Positions 47,741 to 51,579 of a DNA stretch of 51,579 bases are shown here, piece by piece; position 1 is the stretch's first letter, and every line of letters starts with the position of its first letter. Under the pieces are notes generated by a model. The model did no database searches and had not been told where the DNA came from. It worked only from the letters and a program-made list of their open reading frames with translations. The stretch spans positions 1 to 51,579 of the forward strand of contig JAZDJN010000015.1 of assembly GCA_043803945.1 (NCBI GenBank), in the 5' to 3' direction. The position numbers and the translations under genes are program-made. Origin of the DNA: a bacterium (lineage in GTDB: Bacteria > Bacteroidota > Ignavibacteria > UBA10030).

Positions 47741-47830
47741 ACCTAACTGTCCGCACAACCACGCCGTTACTTTTGGCGCTACAAAAGGCTCATTCACTCT
47801 CGCCAAAAGCAATGGAATGAGTACTATTAT
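47741..47830 (-). repeat. attC-like half-site
   Basis: ACCTAAC...CAACCACG, stem CCGTTACTTTTGGCG/CGCCAAAAGCAATGG, GAGTACTATTA; colinear with the 38017 copy. Confidence 0.65.
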
Positions 47831-47881
47831 TTTCGTGTGCAGGTTTCCCCTTGCATTAGCAAAAACCCCTGTACTCTCAAG

Positions 47882-50401
47882 TCATGCTTCAGTGGCTACG
47901 TTCTCAAACACCGCTTGAACATCCTTGCGGCTTAACACTGTATCATAAAGGCCGATGTCCTCTCCTTCGTGCTTGTTGATGCCCGTATAACTCAAACTGG
48001 AATCTTCGTAACGCTTGAATTTGAAGACAGCGTCATTCATCAACGCGCTATTGAAGACCCCAAGACTCACTAACAGCTCAAAGTCTTTCACAGTCAAGCC
48101 CGTGACTTTCTTGAACAATCCAGGCTCGAGTTGAGTGATGACATCCTTCAGGCACCGCTCCCGGTAATCGGTCAGGTACATGAAGATCGGCACCCGCGTC
48201 GCAAACTTGATGAGCTTTTCCTGAATCTGCTTCCGTAGGCTCTTGTATTTCTTTTCTTCCTCGGTTAACTGTTTCTTTTTCTTGTCGGAAAGATCTTTGT
48301 CATTCGCTTCCTTCCTTGCCTTCTTCACGGCCTCAGATTTGTTGATGATCGTCTCTATGTCCTGGTTCAGGTTGCGGAAGCCTTCAATGCTCATGAGCGC
48401 TTCCATGGCTTTCTTATTGTCCATGAGCCGTTGCAGGGTTCCGTTATCCACATTGACCAGCAATGCACTTTCCCATCGGCGCGCTAAGAGTGTCGCGGTT
48501 GTCCCGCTCATCGCCATATCCAAAATGCCTGTGGCGTCAATCTGCTTCATGGAACTGCCGTCATAGGCCAAGACCGGCAGGAAACTGATGAACTCCTCCA
48601 CTTTCTTTTCTGGATTGGACTCGTTCACATTCAGGCGGCAACTGTAATCGGCGATCTGCCTCAAGGCACGGTCCGGGGCGTAGTCAAAGACGTAGCATTC
48701 CTCCTTGATGATCTGTTCCTTGTTCGGCGAGGTGCTGTCGGGATTCCTGATCGTCCAGGGGGACTGCACTCGGAAAGCTGCCTGAAAATAAGTCTCAGGG
48801 GTGGACGAATTGCGTAACATAAGAATTCCGGTCCACGGCTTCACCGTCACTCCGGTCGTCAACTTTCCGCACGACAGGGTAATGGTCTTTGTTTTCAGGG
48901 GATCATCCATAGCGTCCTGCACAGGATATAAAGCCGCAACCCCTATCCCGGCGGTGCTTCCTGCCGCCACGACGACATCGTAATCGTGATAGAACTTGTT
49001 CTGTTTCTTTCTCAAAAGGTCCCGCATGGCATGACATGACGCGATGCTGGGTAGAAACCAGAACGTATGCGACAGCACGTTCAATAGTCGCGCATCCGAA
49101 AACGGCATCGGCGGTTTTTGTGCGCCGAGCTTCAGATTGTCAACGCTAGTAGGCATGAACGAGCCCCGAATCAAATCTAACCATTTCTGCACCTCGTCCT
49201 GATAGGTGAACTTCGCATTCTCACCAACACCTGTTGCCGAAAAAAAGATATTAAGATCGAATTCGTTGAACTCGCCCTGCATGGCGATTTCGCGGATCGC
49301 ATCAGGCAGTTGATAGGTCAACAACACCATACGAGGCAGTGCGGCATAAGGATTGTCGTTCCGCTTCCATTCCTGTTTAGCGCGCTGTTCATCCGAATAG
49401 GTCCAGTTGAATATCTGCTCCTCGATGAACTCGCCAGATGAGATGGCACGGAACGGCGTGCCGGATAAATAAAGATAGCCGTCTGTCGTGATCGGCATGA
49501 TCTCTTCGTCAAAATCCTCAATGCCTTGGCCCTCGCCGAACTCGACTTCTTTTTTGTCTTCAGCTTCGAAAAGCTCCTTTGCGTTTTCGCGCCAGGCTCC
49601 GTAGTGGTACTCGTCCAGAATGACGCAATCCCAGTTTGTTGTATGCACCCATTCGTTCTTCGTCTTGATGCCTCCGGTGCTCGTGTTTCTGCCAAGGTAG
49701 TCCTGGAACGAGCCGAAACAGACGTAGGGTTTTTTCTTGTTGGCCTCTTCATAGGTCTGACCGCCGGGCGAGATGAATTGCCATCCCTTGAAATCAATGT
49801 GGCATTTCAAATCCTCCTCCCATGCGCTTTGAACCGCCGGCTTGAAGGTCAGTACCAGTACTTTGCGCCAGTTCATTTTTTGGGCAAGCTGATAAGCTGC
49901 AAAGGTTTTGCCGAACCGCATCTTGGCGTTCCAGAGAAAGTGCGGCGGCTTGCGAGAGTTTTCCTTCCTGAAACTCTTGAAGTAATCCGCAGTCTTTGCT
50001 ACAGCCGCTTCCTGCTCAGGTCTCATCTTAAAATCAAGCGAGCGGTTTTCTTCATTCAACTGACCTGTTCTTACTGCAATGACAGCGGCTTTAACTTTCT
50101 CACCAGAACACTTGAACCATTCTCCCTCGGGATTCTTAACTCCGACGCTATGCAAATAGCGATGAACGTCGTGATCGGTGAACACGGTGCCGTCATTACG
50201 CATGGCGGATTCTTCAAGAACGATCCGGTAGGGCGGCTTACCGGGTCTCAGCGTTGGATATTGTTGTGCCACTCGCGTTTGAACATCCACCGTTGTATAG
50301 CCAATTTTTAACAAGCCTCCATATTGAGGATTCGTATCCTCATAGGCATAAATGGTTGGCCTGGAATCAGGCCGCGGAGGAAAGAACTTATCCGCGCTCA
50401 T
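47882..50401 (-). CDS. Restriction endonuclease subunit: GIY-YIG/T5orf172-like nuclease plus SF2 helicase
   Basis: IYAY...LKIGYT...R...EWF; AKMRFGKT, DEYH, LSGTP, YFQAAFRVQ; methylase gene upstream. Confidence 0.82.
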   Translation of the reverse strand: MSADKFFPPRPDSRPTIYAYEDTNPQYGGLLKIGYTTVDVQTRVAQQYPTLRPGKPPYRIVLEESAMRNDGTVFTDHDVHRYLHSVGVKNPEGEWFKCSGEKVKAAVIAVRTGQLNEENRSLDFKMRPEQEAAVAKTADYFKSFRKENSRKPPHFLWNAKMRFGKTFAAYQLAQKMNWRKVLVLTFKPAVQSAWEEDLKCHIDFKGWQFISPGGQTYEEANKKKPYVCFGSFQDYLGRNTSTGGIKTKNEWVHTTNWDCVILDEYHYGAWRENAKELFEAEDKKEVEFGEGQGIEDFDEEIMPITTDGYLYLSGTPFRAISSGEFIEEQIFNWTYSDEQRAKQEWKRNDNPYAALPRMVLLTYQLPDAIREIAMQGEFNEFDLNIFFSATGVGENAKFTYQDEVQKWLDLIRGSFMPTSVDNLKLGAQKPPMPFSDARLLNVLSHTFWFLPSIASCHAMRDLLRKKQNKFYHDYDVVVAAGSTAGIGVAALYPVQDAMDDPLKTKTITLSCGKLTTGVTVKPWTGILMLRNSSTPETYFQAAFRVQSPWTIRNPDSTSPNKEQIIKEECYVFDYAPDRALRQIADYSCRLNVNESNPEKKVEEFISFLPVLAYDGSSMKQIDATGILDMAMSGTTATLLARRWESALLVNVDNGTLQRLMDNKKAMEALMSIEGFRNLNQDIETIINKSEAVKKARKEANDKDLSDKKKKQLTEEEKKYKSLRKQIQEKLIKFATRVPIFMYLTDYRERCLKDVITQLEPGLFKKVTGLTVKDFELLVSLGVFNSALMNDAVFKFKRYEDSSLSYTGINKHEGEDIGLYDTVLSRKDVQAVFENVATEA

Positions 50402-51251
50402 CAGAACCACCCTTTAATTTCTTTTTCGAGTCTGCCGGCGGCAGGAAGTTTTCACCGCTTACCACGCTCCGGCCGGTCTTCTGCTCCAGTTCAAGGCGCG
50501 CCTTCTTCGCTATTCTCCCGCCTTTTTTACCCGCGACGGCATTTTCATCCATGCCGGTCGCCTTCACACTCTCGGCAATCTGCCTTGTGGAGAGCTCCGC
50601 CAAAGCGGTGAAGATCAGCTCCGCCTCGTTCATGTGGTCGCGCAGGTTCTGGGTCTTTAGTCCCTTGATCTCTTTGTGTGTCTTTACCGAAACGCTGCTC
50701 CATTCCTGATGAATGATGTTTGTGAGAATTGCATATTCGTCTTCGCCCTTGACCTCGTGGTCCTTCCAATAGTCGGTTAGCTTGTTACGGGTTTCCTGCC
50801 CCATCATCCGCTGTTGTATCCATTTCTCACTCCTGCCACGCTGTTTCCAGTATTCACGAGCACGGTCAAGGGAACGGGCAGGATCACTCATATCCTGGAT
50901 GCGTTCGTAACCCACTTTGGCGAGCCATAATTTTATAGGTTCTGCTTTGGGGCTGGGTACTGACTGGATGATGCGCAAAAGTATCTCAGCATTGGCCACA
51001 TCGGTTGCGTATTTTTTACCGTCCGCCGCCTCGAGTTTCAGTCGGTGACAATTTGTCACCGACTGACTGCCCTCCTTTTTGAGCCGTTCCTTCAACTTGT
51101 TCCAGTACTTGCGCGCTGTTTGAAAGTCAGGTTGTTGTATTAGAGCGGCAATGATGTCTACCACTGAGAAGTGCCATGTTTCAGATTTCTCGTCATACAC
51201 TCTGCGAATCTTGAAGTTCTCAAATACAGCCAGAGCATGTTCCTTACTCAT
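50388..51251 (-). CDS. BRO-N/antirepressor-like DNA-binding protein
   Basis: KIRRVYD...WHFSVVDII, RKYWNKLKERL, IQSVPSPKAEPIKLWLA, NLRDHM. Confidence 0.85.
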   Translation of the reverse strand: MSKEHALAVFENFKIRRVYDEKSETWHFSVVDIIAALIQQPDFQTARKYWNKLKERLKKEGSQSVTNCHRLKLEAADGKKYATDVANAEILLRIIQSVPSPKAEPIKLWLAKVGYERIQDMSDPARSLDRAREYWKQRGRSEKWIQQRMMGQETRNKLTDYWKDHEVKGEDEYAILTNIIHQEWSSVSVKTHKEIKGLKTQNLRDHMNEAELIFTALAELSTRQIAESVKATGMDENAVAGKKGGRIAKKARLELEQKTGRSVVSGENFLPPADSKKKLKGGSDERG

Positions 51252-51579
51252 TGTTCGCCTCCATCGGGCGTACCATGGATTCAATAAATGCGATTTCATC
51301 TTTGGTAAGGCCGTATTTTTTGTAAAGCAGTTCGTCAGTCCACGGTTTACTGAAGTCCTGCATGGGGACAAGTGCATAAACCTTGTTGGTCGCGTGTTGT
51401 GTAGATTTATTAAGTAAAACCAAAAACCTAAAGAAGCGGCACCGAATGTAACTCATAACATTATTGGCCTCATTCTTTGAAGAAACGGGACCAATAACAA
51501 GATACGTTTCGGAACAGCAGGTTCCGGGTGTACCCAAGAAAGGTTTGCCCAAAACCCAGTATGATGATGCTATTCTCTC
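51244..51579 (-). CDS. Eco57I-like restriction-modification methyltransferase, C-terminal part (partial)
   Basis: CSETYLVIGP, SYIRCRFFRFLV, VPMQDFSKPWTDELLYKKYGLTKDEIAFIESMVRPME; frame open to the window edge. Confidence 0.78.
   Translation of the reverse strand, partial: ERIASSYWVLGKPFLGTPGTCCSETYLVIGPVSSKNEANNVMSYIRCRFFRFLVLLNKSTQHATNKVYALVPMQDFSKPWTDELLYKKYGLTKDEIAFIESMVRPMEANNE

Noticed and set aside
50388-51251. Prophage suggested by the BRO/antirepressor gene
   Set aside because: No other phage genes; the gene is embedded in an RM operon.

Overview
Bacterial chromosome segment; gene content and protein sequences suggest an Ignavibacteria/Chlorobi/Bacteroidota-related lineage (inference). 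The left ~30 kb is mostly housekeeping: the end of an IS4 element, nfeD-SPFH followed by a family-B DNA polymerase homologue with degenerate catalytic motifs, cspA, then a long minus-strand run (tRNA-Val, thrS-infC-rpmI-rplT-pheS-pheT-zapB-zapA-6S RNA-rny-coaE-argD, purF-pgsA-ftsY-epimerase-mutL, an isobutyryl-CoA-mutase-like pair, maf). The right ~20 kb is accessory. It holds an integron-like cassette array with no integrase in the window (about 32.4-40.6 kb, minus strand). The array has long, branched attC-like sites and an attI-like site with a promoter and a Shine-Dalgarno-driven leader ORF. Its cassettes encode an SNase-like/TM/GTPase fusion plus a partner, a P-loop ATPase fused to a cold-shock domain, an interrupted beta-barrel protein, YccF, a reversed YefM/YoeB module and possibly RsgA. 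Next come a decaying sulfatase/GH2/lyase locus, a second relic cassette patch, and a restriction-modification locus running off the right edge. All calls come from reading the sequence; no searches were run.
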